DNA of 64,000 bases from an uncultured Hydrogenophaga sp. (lineage in GTDB: Bacteria; Pseudomonadota; Gammaproteobacteria; Burkholderiales; Burkholderiaceae_C): assembly GCA_964424415.1 (NCBI GenBank), contig CAYRIT010000004.1, forward strand, positions 3,868-67,867, written 5' to 3'. The position numbers and the translations under genes were made by a program. Of the stretch, positions 10,173 to 21,313 are shown in pieces (positions within the stretch are counted from its first letter, which is position 1; each line of letters opens with the position of its first letter). The notes beneath the pieces are model-generated. The model made no database searches. It worked only from the letters and a program-made list of their open reading frames with translations, and had not been told where the DNA came from.

Positions 10173-10835
10173 TCACGGTTGCCAGGACAGGAAGTTGCGA
10201 TAAAGCGCCAGGCCCTGGTCGGCGCTTTTTTCGGGGTGAAACTGGGTGGCAAAAATGTTATCGCGGGCCACTGCGGCGGCAAAGCGGCCGCCATAGTCGG
10301 CCTCGCCCACACAATGCTGCGGATCCCGTGGCCGGGCGTAGTAGCTGTGCACAAAATAGAAATAGGCACCGTCATCGATGCCGTCCCACAGCGCGTGGGC
10401 GGGCCCCCGACCCAGCGCATGAAAGACCCGGTTCCAGCCCATCTGGGGCACCTTGAAACGGCTGCCATCGGCCTGAAGCCGGCCATCGAGCCGGAAACGC
10501 AGCACCTCGCCGGGAATCAGCCTCAGACCGGCGGTGTCGCCCTCCTCGCTGCGGTCGAGCAGCATCTGCATGCCGACACACACACCAAACAGCGGTTTGT
10601 TGGCCGCTGCATGCAGCACCGCGTCAAGCAAGCCGGAGGCGCTCAGGCTGCGGGTGCAATCGCCCATGTGCCCCTGGCCGGGCAGCACCACACGCTGGGC
10701 ATCAAGCACCGCCTGGGGGTCGGACGTCACGATCACCTCCAGGCCACGGCCCGCAGCGACACGGGTCACCGCCTGCGACACCGAACGCAGATTGCCACTG
10801 CCGTAATCCACCACGGCCACTGTCTTGCGTGTCAT
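10173..10835 (-). CDS. hisH: Imidazole glycerol phosphate synthase, glutaminase subunit HisH
   Basis: [18 protein letters not shown]...GVCVGMQML...FVHSY...TQFHPEKS. Confidence 0.96.
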   Translation of the reverse strand: MTRKTVAVVDYGSGNLRSVSQAVTRVAAGRGLEVIVTSDPQAVLDAQRVVLPGQGHMGDCTRSLSASGLLDAVLHAAANKPLFGVCVGMQMLLDRSEEGDTAGLRLIPGEVLRFRLDGRLQADGSRFKVPQMGWNRVFHALGRGPAHALWDGIDDGAYFYFVHSYYARPRDPQHCVGEADYGGRFAAAVARDNIFATQFHPEKSADQGLALYRNFLSWQP

Positions 10836-10852
10836 GAGCGACCGGGGTAGGG

Positions 10853-11467
10853 CTACAAAGAACCTTTGGTCGAAGGAATGGTGTCGCCCATACGCGGGTC
10901 GCGCTCCAGCGCCATGCGCAGTGCACGGGCGAAAGCCTTGAACACCGTTTCGGCCTGGTGGTGGGCATTTTCGCCATGCAGGTTGTCGATGTGCAGGGTG
11001 ACGCCGGCGTGGTTGACAAAGCCCTGAAAAAACTCGAACGCCAGCTGGGTGTCGAACGCCCCCACCATGCCACTCTTGAATGGCACGCGCATGTGCAAGC
11101 CGGGGCGGCCGGAAAAATCGATCACCACCCGCGACAAGGCCTCGTCCAGCGGCACGTAGGCATGGCCGTAGCGGCGCAGGCCTCTTTTGTCGCCCACCGC
11201 TTTGGCAAAAGCCTGGCCCAGCGTGATGCCCACGTCTTCCACCGTGTGGTGGCCGTCGATGTGCAGATCGCCCTTGGCCTGGATATCGAGATCGATCAGC
11301 CCATGGCGCGCGATCTGGTCAAGCATGTGGTCAAAAAACCCGATGCCGGTCGACAAGCTGGCAACACCGTTGCCATCGAGGTTGATGCGCACCGAAATCT
11401 GCGTTTCCGCGGTGTTGCGCTGAACGTCGGCCACGCGGTCGGTGGCGATGGAGGATGAAGTGGTCAT
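10853..11467 (-). CDS. hisB: Imidazoleglycerol-phosphate dehydratase HisB
   Basis: [16 protein letters not shown]...[16 protein letters not shown]...[11 protein letters not shown]... ATG at 11467 overlaps the hisC stop (ATGA). Confidence 0.96.
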   Translation of the reverse strand: MTTSSSIATDRVADVQRNTAETQISVRINLDGNGVASLSTGIGFFDHMLDQIARHGLIDLDIQAKGDLHIDGHHTVEDVGITLGQAFAKAVGDKRGLRRYGHAYVPLDEALSRVVIDFSGRPGLHMRVPFKSGMVGAFDTQLAFEFFQGFVNHAGVTLHIDNLHGENAHHQAETVFKAFARALRMALERDPRMGDTIPSTKGSL

Positions 11468-12564
11468 AAACAATCGGGCAAAGCGCTGATCAACAAGGCG
11501 TTTTCGGTCGGGGTGCCGACCGTCAGACGCAGACATTGGCCCAGCAATGCATGCATTTTAGAAACATTCTTCACCAGCAGGCCGCGCGCCCTGAGCGCGT
11601 CGAAGCAACGTTGTGCATCGGGCACCCGGGCCAGCACCATGTTGGCGTCGCTGGGGAAGGGATGAACACCGGGGATTCGGGCCAGCGCCTCGATAAGCAC
11701 CGTGCGCTGCTCACAGATCTGCGCTGCCTGGGCCGCGAACACCTCGGCGTGGTCCAGGGCGAACAAGGCACATTCGGCGTTGAGCACACTCACGTTGTAA
11801 GGTGGTCGCAGCTTGTCCACCTCGTGCACCAGCGTCTGGGGGCCCAGCAGGTAACCCAGGCGCACACCGGCCAGTCCGAACTTGGAGAGCGTGCGCATCA
11901 GCAGCACGTTGGCGTTGGCCGCCGGGTTCTCACGCATCTCGGCCAGCCAGCTGCGGCTCGAAAACGGCTGGTAGGCCTCGTCCATCACCACCAGACCACC
12001 GAAGCCGGCGGCCTCGGCGATCAGCCGCCGGATCACCCCCGCATCCCACAGGTTGGCGGTGGGGTTGTTCGGATAGGCCAGGTAGGTGATCGCCGGCTGG
12101 TGCGCGCGCATCGCGTTCAGCATGGCGGACTCGTCGAGCTCGAAGCTGGCGGTGAGCGGCACGCCATGGAACGCCAGCCCTTGCAGCTGCGCGCTCATGG
12201 CGTACATGACAAAGCCCGGCAGTGGTGCAAGGATGGAAGCGCCCGGCGTGTCGCAGGCCATGGCGAGCAACGCGATCAGCTCGTCCGATCCGTTGCCCAG
12301 CATGAGTCCGCAGCCTGCGGGCAGATCGACGTGGGCGGCCAAGGCCTGCTTCAGCTCCTCGATCCGTGCGCCGGGGTATCGGTTGATGGCCACTGCGCGC
12401 AGGCGCTCGCCCAGCGCACGCTGCAAGTCGGGCGGCAGCGGATAGGGGTTCTCCATCGCGTCGAGCTTGACCATGCCCACCGAATCCTGGATGGCGTAGG
12501 CGTGCATCGACTGGATGTCCTGCCGGATGAAGCGCAGGGGGGAGATGGCGGTGGTGGTGCTCAT
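11464..12564 (-). CDS. hisC: Histidinol-phosphate aminotransferase HisC
   Basis: Class-II aminotransferase sequence (NENPYPLP-like [29 protein letters not shown]) in the his-operon position. Confidence 0.95.
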   Translation of the reverse strand: MSTTTAISPLRFIRQDIQSMHAYAIQDSVGMVKLDAMENPYPLPPDLQRALGERLRAVAINRYPGARIEELKQALAAHVDLPAGCGLMLGNGSDELIALLAMACDTPGASILAPLPGFVMYAMSAQLQGLAFHGVPLTASFELDESAMLNAMRAHQPAITYLAYPNNPTANLWDAGVIRRLIAEAAGFGGLVVMDEAYQPFSSRSWLAEMRENPAANANVLLMRTLSKFGLAGVRLGYLLGPQTLVHEVDKLRPPYNVSVLNAECALFALDHAEVFAAQAAQICEQRTVLIEALARIPGVHPFPSDANMVLARVPDAQRCFDALRARGLLVKNVSKMHALLGQCLRLTVGTPTENALLISALPDCL

Positions 12565-13952
12565 GTCGGGACTCGCATCGGGGGCACGTCGTTCAGGCGC
12601 ATTTCAGCGGCGCGCGCGTGCGCCTGCAGGCCTTCGCCGTAGGCCATTTCGGCGGCGATGACACCCAGGTTTTGTGCGCCCGCGGCGCTGACCTCGATCA
12701 GGCTGCTGCGCTTCTGGAAGTCGTACACGCCCAGGGGCGAGGAAAAGCGGGCGGTGCCGCTGGTGGGCAAGACGTGGTTGGGGCCGGCGCAGTAGTCGCC
12801 CAGACTTTCGCTGGTGTAGGCCCCGAGAAAGATGGCACCGGCGTGTTTGAGCAGCGGCTCCCAGCGATGCGGCTCCGCGCTGGAGACTTCCAGGTGCTCG
12901 GGCGCGATGCGGTTGCTGATGGCACAGGCCTCTTCCATGTCGCGCGTGTGGATCAGCGCACCGCGGTCGTTCAGGCTTTTGGCAATGATGGCCGCGCGCG
13001 GCATGGTGGGCAGCAGGCGGTCAATCTCGGCTTGCACGGCATCGATGTAGGCGGCGTCCGGGCACAGCAGAATGCTTTGTGCCAGCTCGTCGTGTTCGGC
13101 CTGGGAGAACAGGTCCATCGCCACCCATTCGGCGGGCGTGCTGCCATCGGCCAGCACCAGGATCTCGCTCGGGCCAGCGATCATGTCGATGCCCACGGTG
13201 CCGAACACGTGCTTCTTGGCGCTGGCCACGTAGGCATTGCCCGGACCGGTGATCTTGTCGACCCGGGGCACGGTGGTCGTTCCGTAGGCCAGGGCGCCAA
13301 TCGCCTGTGCACCGCCGATGGTGAAGGCGCGCGTGACACCGGCCACAAACGCGGCTGCCAGCACCAGCTCGTTGCGCTCGCCGCGCGCTGCGGTGGCCGC
13401 GCCGCTGCCACCAGTGGCCAGGCTGCCGCGCACCGGGGTCGGCACCACCATGATGATTTCCTGCACACCGGCCACGTGGGCCGGCACCGCGTTCATGATC
13501 AGGCTCGATGGGTAGGCGGCTTTGCCCCCCGGCACGTAAATGCCCACGCGGTCCAGCGGCGTGACTTTCTGGCCCAGCAGGGTGCCGTCTTCGTCGCGGT
13601 AGCTCCAGCTCTCGCCGCCGGCCTTCTTCTGCGCCTCGTGGTAGCTGCGGACGCGCCGGGCCGCCGCTTGCAGCGCGTCTTTCTGAGCCTGCGGCAGGCC
13701 GTCGAAGGCGCGCCGGAAATCGGCCTGCGTGAGTTCGAGTTCGGCCATGCTGGCCACCTGCAGACCGTCGAAGCGCGCGGTGTAATCCAGCACGGCCGCG
13801 TCGCCGCGCCGCTTCACATCGGCCAGGATGTCTGCCACCCGCTGCTCGATCGCGCCGTCGGTCTCGGCCGACCAGTGCAGCCGGGCGGCGAACTGCGCCT
13901 CGAAGTCGGCGGCCGTGGTGGAAAGGCGGACGGGTTGGGCGATAAGGCTCAT
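12561..13952 (-). CDS. hisD: Histidinol dehydrogenase HisD
   Basis: [40 protein letters not shown] and [13 protein letters not shown] motifs. ATGA overlaps on both sides. Confidence 0.97.
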   Translation of the reverse strand: MSLIAQPVRLSTTAADFEAQFAARLHWSAETDGAIEQRVADILADVKRRGDAAVLDYTARFDGLQVASMAELELTQADFRRAFDGLPQAQKDALQAAARRVRSYHEAQKKAGGESWSYRDEDGTLLGQKVTPLDRVGIYVPGGKAAYPSSLIMNAVPAHVAGVQEIIMVVPTPVRGSLATGGSGAATAARGERNELVLAAAFVAGVTRAFTIGGAQAIGALAYGTTTVPRVDKITGPGNAYVASAKKHVFGTVGIDMIAGPSEILVLADGSTPAEWVAMDLFSQAEHDELAQSILLCPDAAYIDAVQAEIDRLLPTMPRAAIIAKSLNDRGALIHTRDMEEACAISNRIAPEHLEVSSAEPHRWEPLLKHAGAIFLGAYTSESLGDYCAGPNHVLPTSGTARFSSPLGVYDFQKRSSLIEVSAAGAQNLGVIAAEMAYGEGLQAHARAAEMRLNDVPPMRVPT

Positions 13953-14599
13953 GGCGTGGCGGAGGCGCTGATGGCGTTGGCGAAGGCGTCGATGATGGGG
14001 CGGATGGTGGCTTGCTTGAGCTTGAGCGCGGCCTGGTTGACCACCAGCCGCGAACTGATCTCCATGATGCGCTCGACCTCGACCAGCTGGTTGGCCTGCA
14101 AGGTCTTGCCGGTGGAGACCAGGTCGACGATGGCGTCGGCCAGGCCCGTCAGCGGCGCAAGTTCCATGCTGCCGTAAAGCTTGATCAGGTCCACGTGCAC
14201 ACCCTTGCCGGCGAAGAACTCGCGCGCTATGGCTGTGTATTTTGTGGCCACGCGCAGGCGCGAACCCTGGCGCACGGCCGAGGCATAGTCGAAATCGGCC
14301 GGCACCGCCACGCTCATGCGGCAGGCCGCGATGTGCAGGTCCAGCGGCTGGTACAGGCCCTGGCCACCGTGCTCGATCAGCGTGTCCTTGCCGGTCACAC
14401 CCAGGTCGGCACCGCCGTATTCCACATAAGTGGGCACATCGGAGGCCCGCACCAGCACCACACGCACGTCCGGGTGGCTGGTGGGCAGGATGAGCTTGCG
14501 GGACTTTTCTGGATCTTCCAGCACCTCGATGCCCGCGGCAGCGAGCAGCGGCAGGGTTTCGTCGAAGATCCGGCCTTTGGAGAGGGCGAGTGTGATCAC
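13949..14599 (-). CDS. hisG: ATP phosphoribosyltransferase, short form HisG
   Basis: [18 protein letters not shown]...[23 protein letters not shown]...[12 protein letters not shown] at 14599 is preceded by GGGAA, 13 nt after the murA stop. At about 216 aa this is the short HisG(S) type. Confidence 0.93.
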   Translation of the reverse strand: MITLALSKGRIFDETLPLLAAAGIEVLEDPEKSRKLILPTSHPDVRVVLVRASDVPTYVEYGGADLGVTGKDTLIEHGGQGLYQPLDLHIAACRMSVAVPADFDYASAVRQGSRLRVATKYTAIAREFFAGKGVHVDLIKLYGSMELAPLTGLADAIVDLVSTGKTLQANQLVEVERIMEISSRLVVNQAALKLKQATIRPIIDAFANAISASATP

Positions 14600-14612
14600 G
14601 GGCAGTTCCCTT

Positions 14613-15893
14613 TCACTTGAAGCGCTGGATGTCTGCGCCAATGCCGCGCAGTTTCTCTTCCATCTGGTCGTAACCGCGATCCAGGTGGTAGATGCGATCG
14701 ACCACCGTCTCGCCCTCGGCCACCAGGCCGGCAATCACCAGACTGGCCGAGGCGCGCAGATCGGTGGCCATGACCGTGGCGCCAGAAAGTCGCCCCACGC
14801 CTTCGACCACCGCGACCTTGCCTTCGGTCTGGATCAGCGCACCCAGGCGCACCAGTTCGTTCACATGCATGAAGCGGTTCTCGAAAATGGTCTCGGTGAC
14901 CTTGGCCGTGCCCTCGGCGATGCAGTTGAGTGCCATGAACTGGGCCTGCATGTCGGTCGGGAATCCCGGGTACTCGGTGGTGCGGAAGCTCTGGGCCTTG
15001 AGCCGGCCGAAGGCGCGCACGCGGATGAAGCTACCCGCGGCATCTTCCCCAGCTTCGATTTCGGCGCCGGCTTCGAGCAGCTTGTCGATCACCGCGTCCA
15101 GGTGGTCCGAGCGGGCGTGGCGCAACACCACGTCGCCTCCCGCCGCAGCCACGGCGCACAAGAAGGTGCCGGCTTCGATGCGGTCGGCCACGACCTGGTG
15201 GGTGCAGCCATGCAGGCGCTCCACACCCTGGATGTGGATGCGGCTGGTGCCATGGCCCTCGATCTTGGCGCCCATGGCGATCAGCATCTCGGCCAGATCG
15301 GGAATCTCGGGCTCCTGCGCCGCGTTCTCCAGCAGGGTCTCGCCCTCGGCCAGCGCCGCGGCCATGAGAAAGTTCTCGGTGCCGGTCACGGTCACCATGT
15401 CGGTGGCGATGCGCGCGCCATGCAGGCGGCTGCGGCCTTGCGGCAGCCGCGCCACCATGTAGCCGTGTTCGACCACGATCTCGGCGCCCATGGCCTGCAG
15501 GCCCTTGATGTGCTGGTCCACCGGGCGCGAACCGATGGCGCAACCGCCCGGCAGCGACACCCTGGCGTGGCCAAAGCGCGCCAGCAGCGGCCCCAGCGCC
15601 AGCACCGAGGCGCGCATGGTCTTCACCAGTTCGTAGGGCGCCTCGGGCCGGATCGGTTCGGCGGCGTGAAACGACATGCCACCGCGCTCGCCATGGGTTT
15701 CCGATTTCACGCCCATGTTGTCGAGCAGTCGGCGCATGGTGGCCACGTCGTGCAGGCGCGGCACATTGAGCAGGTGTACCGGCTCGTCGGTCAGCAAGGT
15801 CGCACACATCTCTGGCAGGGCCGCGTTCTTGGCGCCCGAAATCGTGACCTCGCCGCGCAGGGTGCGGCCGCCGGTGATTCGCAGTTTGTCCAT
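14613..15893 (-). CDS. murA: UDP-N-acetylglucosamine 1-carboxyvinyltransferase MurA
   Basis: [27 protein letters not shown]... Confidence 0.97.
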   Translation of the reverse strand: MDKLRITGGRTLRGEVTISGAKNAALPEMCATLLTDEPVHLLNVPRLHDVATMRRLLDNMGVKSETHGERGGMSFHAAEPIRPEAPYELVKTMRASVLALGPLLARFGHARVSLPGGCAIGSRPVDQHIKGLQAMGAEIVVEHGYMVARLPQGRSRLHGARIATDMVTVTGTENFLMAAALAEGETLLENAAQEPEIPDLAEMLIAMGAKIEGHGTSRIHIQGVERLHGCTHQVVADRIEAGTFLCAVAAAGGDVVLRHARSDHLDAVIDKLLEAGAEIEAGEDAAGSFIRVRAFGRLKAQSFRTTEYPGFPTDMQAQFMALNCIAEGTAKVTETIFENRFMHVNELVRLGALIQTEGKVAVVEGVGRLSGATVMATDLRASASLVIAGLVAEGETVVDRIYHLDRGYDQMEEKLRGIGADIQRFK

Positions 15894-16024
15894 GGGGGAA
15901 TCAATCTTTCAGCAATCAGCGGTAGGCGCCGCTTGAGGTGTCCCAGACCAGGGCCGCCGCAGAACCGGCTGCGCCAGGCTGCCAGCGACGTCCCCGGGAG
16001 GGTGAGGCGACGCGGCGCAGGGGG

Positions 16025-16261
16025 TCATTTTTTCTGCCACTCGGCCGGGGTGAGCGTTTTCATGGACAGCGCGTGCACCTCGTCGTTCTGGATGCGTGCA
16101 CCCAGCGCGTCGTACACCCGCTTGTGGCGCGCGATCGGGCGCAGACCCTCGAAGGCTGGCGAGACGATCACGGCCGACCAGTGGCGGCCATCGCCCGAAA
16201 CCTCCAGGTGTTCGCAGGGCAGGCCTGCGGCGATCAGTTGTTGCAGTTGTTCAGCGGTCAT
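16025..16261 (-). CDS. ibaG: BolA-family protein (IbaG/YrbA-like)
   Basis: 78-aa BolA fold sequence (HLEVSGDGRHWSAVIVSPAFEG...RHKRVYDAL...VHALSMKTLTPAEW), located upstream of murA as in the E. coli mla-ibaG-murA arrangement. Confidence 0.88.
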   Translation of the reverse strand: MTAEQLQQLIAAGLPCEHLEVSGDGRHWSAVIVSPAFEGLRPIARHKRVYDALGARIQNDEVHALSMKTLTPAEWQKK

Positions 16262-16333
16262 CTTGTCGGTTGGGCGTGAAGCGTGGGTGGAAGCAAGGTG
16301 CTCGCCCGGCGTCTGGCGCCAGGCGAACCCCCC

Positions 16334-17089
16334 TCACTGTCGGATTTTGTAGCCGGTGCGCAGCAGATGCAGCGCCACCGCACTCACGGCCAGCAGGGAG
16401 CCGCCCACCAGACCCAGACTGAGCCAGGGCGAGGTGTCGCTGACGCCGAAGAAACCGTAGCGAAAACCGTCGATCATGTAGAAAAACGGGTTCATATGGC
16501 TCACCCGCTGCCAGAAATCGGACAGGGAGCTGATCGAGTAGAACACGCCCGAGAGAAAGGTCATGGGCATGATGATGAAGTTCTGGAACGCAGCCATCTG
16601 GTCGAACTTCTCGGCCCACAGGCCGGCGATCAGCCCCAGCGTGCCCATCAGCCCGGCGCCCATGACCGCAAAGACCAGAATCCACAACGGCGCCACCAGC
16701 GGAGGTTTGGCAAACCACCAGGTGACCAGCATCACGCTCAAGCCCACCGCCAGACCCCGTACCACAGACGAGCCCACGTAGGCAAAAAACCAGGCGCGAT
16801 GGGACAGCGGCGTGAGCATGAGAAACACCAGGTTGCCCATCACCTTGCTCTGAATCATCGAGGAGCTGCTGTTGGCAAAAGCGTTCTGCAACACGCTCAT
16901 CATCACCAGCCCGGGGAGCAAAAAGGCGGTGTACGAGATCGAGTTGTAGACCTGCACCCGGTCTTCCAGCACGTGGCCGAAGATCATCAGGTAGAGGATG
17001 GCGGTGATCACCGGCGCGGCCACGGTCTGGAACCCCACCTTCCAGAAGCGCAGGATCTCCTTGTAAAACAGCGCCTGCCAGCCGCTCAT
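16334..17089 (-). CDS. ABC-2 type exporter permease (YadH-like)
   Basis: MSGWQALFYKEILRFWKVGFQTVAAPVITAILYLMIFG..., six predicted TM segments. ATG at 17089 overlaps the ATPase stop (ATGA). Confidence 0.88.
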   Translation of the reverse strand: MSGWQALFYKEILRFWKVGFQTVAAPVITAILYLMIFGHVLEDRVQVYNSISYTAFLLPGLVMMSVLQNAFANSSSSMIQSKVMGNLVFLMLTPLSHRAWFFAYVGSSVVRGLAVGLSVMLVTWWFAKPPLVAPLWILVFAVMGAGLMGTLGLIAGLWAEKFDQMAAFQNFIIMPMTFLSGVFYSISSLSDFWQRVSHMNPFFYMIDGFRYGFFGVSDTSPWLSLGLVGGSLLAVSAVALHLLRTGYKIRQ

Positions 17090-18021
17090 GCGATCACCTC
17101 CGGCCTGGCGGTCCTGGGATGGGCGCTGGTCAGATCCAGGAACACGTCTTCCAGATCCGATTTGCGGATCTCGATGTCTTCGGGCGCCACGCCCGCCTCG
17201 CGCAGGCGCGCCAGGATGCGCTCGACCGCCAGCGCGTCCTGCGCCGGCAACTGCACCACACGCCCGGTCACCCGCGCCTGCGCGGCCAGGTCTTCGGGCA
17301 AGGGTGCGTCGGTCTTGAAGCGCAGCACGTTGGCTGCAGCGCGCGCGAGAAGTGCCGAGGTGGAGTCCAGCGCCACCACCTGGCCCTGCTTGAGCATGGC
17401 GATGCGGCCGCACAGGGCCTCGGCCTCTTCCAGGTAGTGGGTGGTCAGCAACACGGTGCTGCCCAGGCGCTTGTTCAGGTCGGAGACAAACTGCCACAGC
17501 GTCTGGCGCAGTTCCACGTCAACGCCGGCGGTGGGCTCGTCGAGCACGATCACCGCGGGTTTGTGCACCAGCGCCTGCGCGATCAGCACACGGCGCTTCA
17601 TGCCACCCGAGAGCTGGCGCATGTTGGCATTGGCCTTGTCGGCCAGGCCCAGGCCATCGAGCAGCTCGTTGATCCAGGCATCGTTGCGGCGGATACCGAA
17701 GTAGCCCGACTGGAAGCGCAAGGCTTCGAGCACGTTGAAAAACGGGTCGAACACCAGCTCTTGCGGCACCACACCCAGCAGGCGGCGCGCGGCCTGGTAT
17801 TCACTCTGCACGTTCTTGCCGTGCACCAGCACCTGCCCACTGCTGGCGCGGGTCAGGCCGGCGAGGATACTGATCAGCGTGGTCTTGCCGGCGCCGTTGG
17901 GCCCGAGCAGACCAAAAAATTCACCGGCCTCGATATCCAGCGTCACGTCGCGCAGCGCATGCAGGTCGCCGCGCGCGGAGGGGAAAACTTTGGAAACGTG
18001 CTGGAAAGAGATGGCGGGCAT
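17086..18021 (-). CDS. ABC transporter ATP-binding protein (YadG-like), partner of the ABC-2 permease
   Basis: Walker A GPNGAGKTT, signature LSGGMKRR, Walker B VIVLDEPT. ATG at 18021 (MPAISFQHV). Confidence 0.93.
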   Translation of the reverse strand: MPAISFQHVSKVFPSARGDLHALRDVTLDIEAGEFFGLLGPNGAGKTTLISILAGLTRASSGQVLVHGKNVQSEYQAARRLLGVVPQELVFDPFFNVLEALRFQSGYFGIRRNDAWINELLDGLGLADKANANMRQLSGGMKRRVLIAQALVHKPAVIVLDEPTAGVDVELRQTLWQFVSDLNKRLGSTVLLTTHYLEEAEALCGRIAMLKQGQVVALDSTSALLARAAANVLRFKTDAPLPEDLAAQARVTGRVVQLPAQDALAVERILARLREAGVAPEDIEIRKSDLEDVFLDLTSAHPRTARPEVIA

Positions 18022-18140
18022 GACGTTGGGGAAACCCCAGGGTGGTGGCCAGGGGGCACGGGACATCCGTGGGCATCGGGCCAACCTGCCATTTTAAGCC
18101 GCCCCGCGCGCACCCGCCGAGCGGGCACCCCATACCGACC

Positions 18141-18434
18141 TCAGATCGGCAGCAATTCGCTCACGCCATAGAGCGACACGAGATCGAGCAGCCGCTGCGG
18201 CGGGTTGCGCAGGCTGAGCGTTCGGCCTGCGGCCTGCAATTCGCGCCGCAGCTCCAGCAACACCGCCACCGCCGAGCTGTCGAGCACACGCAAGGCCTGC
18301 GCGTCGATTTCCACCGCCGGCCCCGGCTGGCTGCCCAGCTCGCGCTTCAACAGGCTCAGCGCCTGGGCGGCGCTTTGCATCGTCAATTGCTCAGGCAGGA
18401 CCAGGCGCGGCGAAGATTCGACAACGGCGTTCAT
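18141..18434 (-). CDS. mlaB: STAS-domain protein, MlaB-like
   Basis: About 97 aa. The STAS-like pattern (IDAQALRVLDSSAVAVLLELRRE) sits directly downstream of mlaC. ATG at 18434; the ORF-track start is a TTG 4 codons upstream. Confidence 0.75.
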   Translation of the reverse strand: MNAVVESSPRLVLPEQLTMQSAAQALSLLKRELGSQPGPAVEIDAQALRVLDSSAVAVLLELRRELQAAGRTLSLRNPPQRLLDLVSLYGVSELLPI

Positions 18435-18442
18435 CGTGGGTG

Positions 18443-19072
18443 TCAACCGGCCTTGGCCGTGCTGTTGCTCTTGTTGCGCTGGGTCAGGGACTCGATCAGG
18501 CCATCGATGCCTTTGGCGCCAATTTCCTGCGCAAACTGGGTCCGGTAGGTCTCCACCAGCCAGACGCCAAGCACGTTGAGGTCGTAGATCTTCCAGCCAT
18601 CGGGCGTTTTTTCCAGCCGGTAATCGAGCTGGACCGGTTCGCCGCGGCCGCGCACCTCGGAGCGCACGACCACCTCGGTGTCCTCGGCGCGCGCCCGGTA
18701 AGGCTTGAAGCTCACCGTCTGGTCCTTGATCTCGCCCAAGGCACCCGAATAGGTGCGCACCAGCAGGGTCTTGAACTCGTCCTGCAGCTGTTTCTGCTGC
18801 ACCGGTGTCGCCTGGCGCCAGAAGCGGCCCACCGCCGACGAGGTCATGCGCGTGAAATTCACGTTGGGCATGATCTTGGTGTCGACCAGCGTCACGATGC
18901 GGTTGATGTCCCCCGCCTGAATCGCCGGATCGGCCTTGATCGCAGCCATCACCTCGCCCGAGAGGCGCTTGATCAGCACGTCGGGGGCTTCATCTGACGC
19001 GTGGGCGGGCCAGACCAGCAGGCTCGCTGCGGACAGCAGCAGGCTGCCAAGCCAGGAACGTCGATTCAACAT
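18443..19072 (-). CDS. mlaC: Phospholipid-binding periplasmic protein MlaC (Ttg2D/toluene tolerance family)
   Basis: Signal peptide MLNRRSWLGSLLLSAASLLVWPAHA, then FTRMTSSAVGRFWRQATPVQQKQL...DGWKIYDLNVLGVWLVETYRTQF. ATG at 19072. Confidence 0.9.
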   Translation of the reverse strand: MLNRRSWLGSLLLSAASLLVWPAHASDEAPDVLIKRLSGEVMAAIKADPAIQAGDINRIVTLVDTKIMPNVNFTRMTSSAVGRFWRQATPVQQKQLQDEFKTLLVRTYSGALGEIKDQTVSFKPYRARAEDTEVVVRSEVRGRGEPVQLDYRLEKTPDGWKIYDLNVLGVWLVETYRTQFAQEIGAKGIDGLIESLTQRNKSNSTAKAG

Positions 19073-19196
19073 GAATTGCCTTTCTGGGCCAACAAGGCCC
19101 TGGATGCCGCGCCCGCTGGCGCCGCTTGCCGTTTTGGAGATGCCGAAGACCGGCCGGCTCCCGCAAGCATCGCGCACCCGCGTGAAGTTGCGGTGT

Positions 19197-19937
19197 TCAT
19201 TTGCTGTTTTCTGTATCCGGGGCGGACGGCAGGCCGATACCCTGGTCGATGAGGGATTCGATCTGGCTCTCCCGGCGCTGCAGGTAGATGTCGCGGGTAA
19301 AGCTGTATTTGTCGAGCGCAGCCCCTTCGAGCATGGACGTGGCGCGCAGCAGGTTGGCGCGCGTGTCCACCAGGCGCAGCGCCGTGAACGAGTTGCGGGT
19401 GGGAATGTGGTCCAGGCTGAGCAACAGGTCACCCCGGGTTTCCACACCGAAACCGGCGGCATCGCGCAGCGTGGAGGGTCCAAAAATGGGCAGCACAAGG
19501 TACGGGCCCGATGGGATGCCCCAGCGCCCCAGCGTCTGGCCGAAGTCGAGTGTGGTGCGGTCGATACCTATCTCGGACGCGATGTCGAGCAGGCCGCCGA
19601 GGCCAAACACCGTGTTGACGCCAAAACGCATCGCGTTCTCGGTGGCTTCGCGCGGGCGCAGTTGCAGCGTGGCGTTGATGGCGGACCACACGTCGCGCAG
19701 GTTGCCAAAAAAATTGCTCACCCCGGTGCGCACCAGGTCGGGGGCGACATCGCGGTAAACAGTGGCAACCGGTTTGAGCAGAGCGCCATCCACCGCGTCG
19801 TTGAAGCCAGCGACACCGCGGTTGAAAGGCTCCAGCGGATCTCTGGGGTTGGCGTTGGGGCCGGTGGCACAGCCAGCGAGCAGACCGCCCAGCAGCAGGG
19901 CCGCCAGCAGCTTTCGCATTGGTGATGGGGTAGACAT
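19197..19937 (-). CDS. mlaA: Outer-membrane lipoprotein MlaA (VacJ)
   Basis: Lipobox LLAGC, then DPLEPFNR..FNFND-like motif (PLEPFNRGVAGFND), FFGNL, and GRWGIPSGPYLVLPIFGPST. ATG at 19937 is preceded by AGGGGA. Confidence 0.92.
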   Translation of the reverse strand: MSTPSPMRKLLAALLLGGLLAGCATGPNANPRDPLEPFNRGVAGFNDAVDGALLKPVATVYRDVAPDLVRTGVSNFFGNLRDVWSAINATLQLRPREATENAMRFGVNTVFGLGGLLDIASEIGIDRTTLDFGQTLGRWGIPSGPYLVLPIFGPSTLRDAAGFGVETRGDLLLSLDHIPTRNSFTALRLVDTRANLLRATSMLEGAALDKYSFTRDIYLQRRESQIESLIDQGIGLPSAPDTENSK

Positions 19938-20036
19938 CAAAATCCCCTGAAAAACGGAATGAATATTGTGCCGCGCCGGGCTGCGGTCCACCGGATCTGG
20001 GGACACCAGCAGAGAACGAAATCGCTTTAGCCCGCG

Positions 20037-20516
20037 CTATTTGTCGCCACCAGGCGCCCCGCCGGCGGCGCGGCTGAAGAGGAGCTGACCGATCAGGTTC
20101 TCCAGCACCACCGCCGACTGCGTCTGGGTGATCAGGTCGCCGGCGGCCAGGTTTTTCTCGGAACCGCCCGGCTCCAGGCCAATGTACTGGTCACCCAGCA
20201 GGCCGGCAGTGAGGATCTTGGCCGAACTGTCCTTGGGAAACGTCACGTCGGCGTTGAGATCCATGGTCACCACACCCTGGTAGGTCTGGCGGTCCAGCTT
20301 GATGGCGGTGATCCGACCCACGTTGACCCCGGCCGAGCGCACCGGCGCGCGCACCTTGAGGCCACCGATGTTGTCAAAACGTGCCTGCACCGAGTAGGTG
20401 TTGCCGCCACCGGTGAAGCTGGCGAGGTTGGCCGCTTTCAGGGCCAGAAACAGCAGCGCCAGTGTTCCGAGGACGACAAACAGGCCGACCATCACTTCTG
20501 TGCTTTTTTTGTTCAT
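20037..20516 (-). CDS. mlaD: MCE-domain protein MlaD
   Basis: MNKKSTEVMVGLFVVLGTLALLFLAL... is followed by an MCE domain (GLKVRAPVRSAGVNVGRI). ATG at 20516. Confidence 0.93.
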   Translation of the reverse strand: MNKKSTEVMVGLFVVLGTLALLFLALKAANLASFTGGGNTYSVQARFDNIGGLKVRAPVRSAGVNVGRITAIKLDRQTYQGVVTMDLNADVTFPKDSSAKILTAGLLGDQYIGLEPGGSEKNLAAGDLITQTQSAVVLENLIGQLLFSRAAGGAPGGDK

Positions 20517-20533
20517 GTGTACTCCGATCGAAT

Positions 20534-21313
20534 TCAGGGGGTGGAGAACATCAGGGCGGTGAGGATGAAATCCATCGCGAGCACGCCCAGGGAAGCGGTC
20601 ACCACCGTGCGGGTGGTGGCGTAGGCCACCCCTTCGGGTGTGGCCTCGGTCTCGTAGCCTTGGTAGAGCGCCACTGCGGTGCAGATGACGCCAAACACTA
20701 TGCTCTTGACCACACCGTTGCCCACATCGCGCCAGACATCCACCCCACTTTGCTGGATCGACCAAAAATTGCCGGCGTCGATGCCGATCAGGCCAACCGC
20801 CACCACATAGGCGCCCAGGATGCCAATCGCCGAGAACAGCGCGGCAAGCAAGGGCATGGCAATGACGCCGGCCAGAAAACGTGGCGCAAGCACACGCGAG
20901 CGCGGGTCGATCGCCATCAGCTCCATCGCCGCGATCTGCTCACCGGCCTTCATCAGACCGATTTCGGCGGTGAGCGAGGTGCCGGCGCGCCCGGCAAACA
21001 GCAGCGCGGTGACCACCGGACCGAGCTCGCGCACCAGGGACAGGTTGACCACCAGGCCGAGCGACTCGGCGGCGCCGAAAGTGGTCAGGGTGTTGTAGAG
21101 CTGCAGCGCCAGCACAAAGCCGACCGCCAGGCCGGAGGCCAGGATGATGACCAGCGAGCGGTTGCCGATGGCGTGGATCTGGGTGATCACCAGGCCAAAG
21201 CGGCGCAGCGCGGTCGGCACCGCCTGCAGCAGCTCCAGAAAAAAAACCGCCCCGTGGCCCCAACGGGCGAGCAGATCGAGGACCTGGCGGCCCAGGCGTT
21301 GCAGCGCATTCAT
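20534..21313 (-). CDS. mlaE: Phospholipid ABC transporter permease MlaE
   Basis: LVRELGPVVTALLFAGRAGTSLTAEIGLMKAGEQIAAMELMAIDP is the MlaE signature. ATG at 21313 overlaps the mlaF stop (ATGA). Confidence 0.95.
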   Translation of the reverse strand: MNALQRLGRQVLDLLARWGHGAVFFLELLQAVPTALRRFGLVITQIHAIGNRSLVIILASGLAVGFVLALQLYNTLTTFGAAESLGLVVNLSLVRELGPVVTALLFAGRAGTSLTAEIGLMKAGEQIAAMELMAIDPRSRVLAPRFLAGVIAMPLLAALFSAIGILGAYVVAVGLIGIDAGNFWSIQQSGVDVWRDVGNGVVKSIVFGVICTAVALYQGYETEATPEGVAYATTRTVVTASLGVLAMDFILTALMFSTP

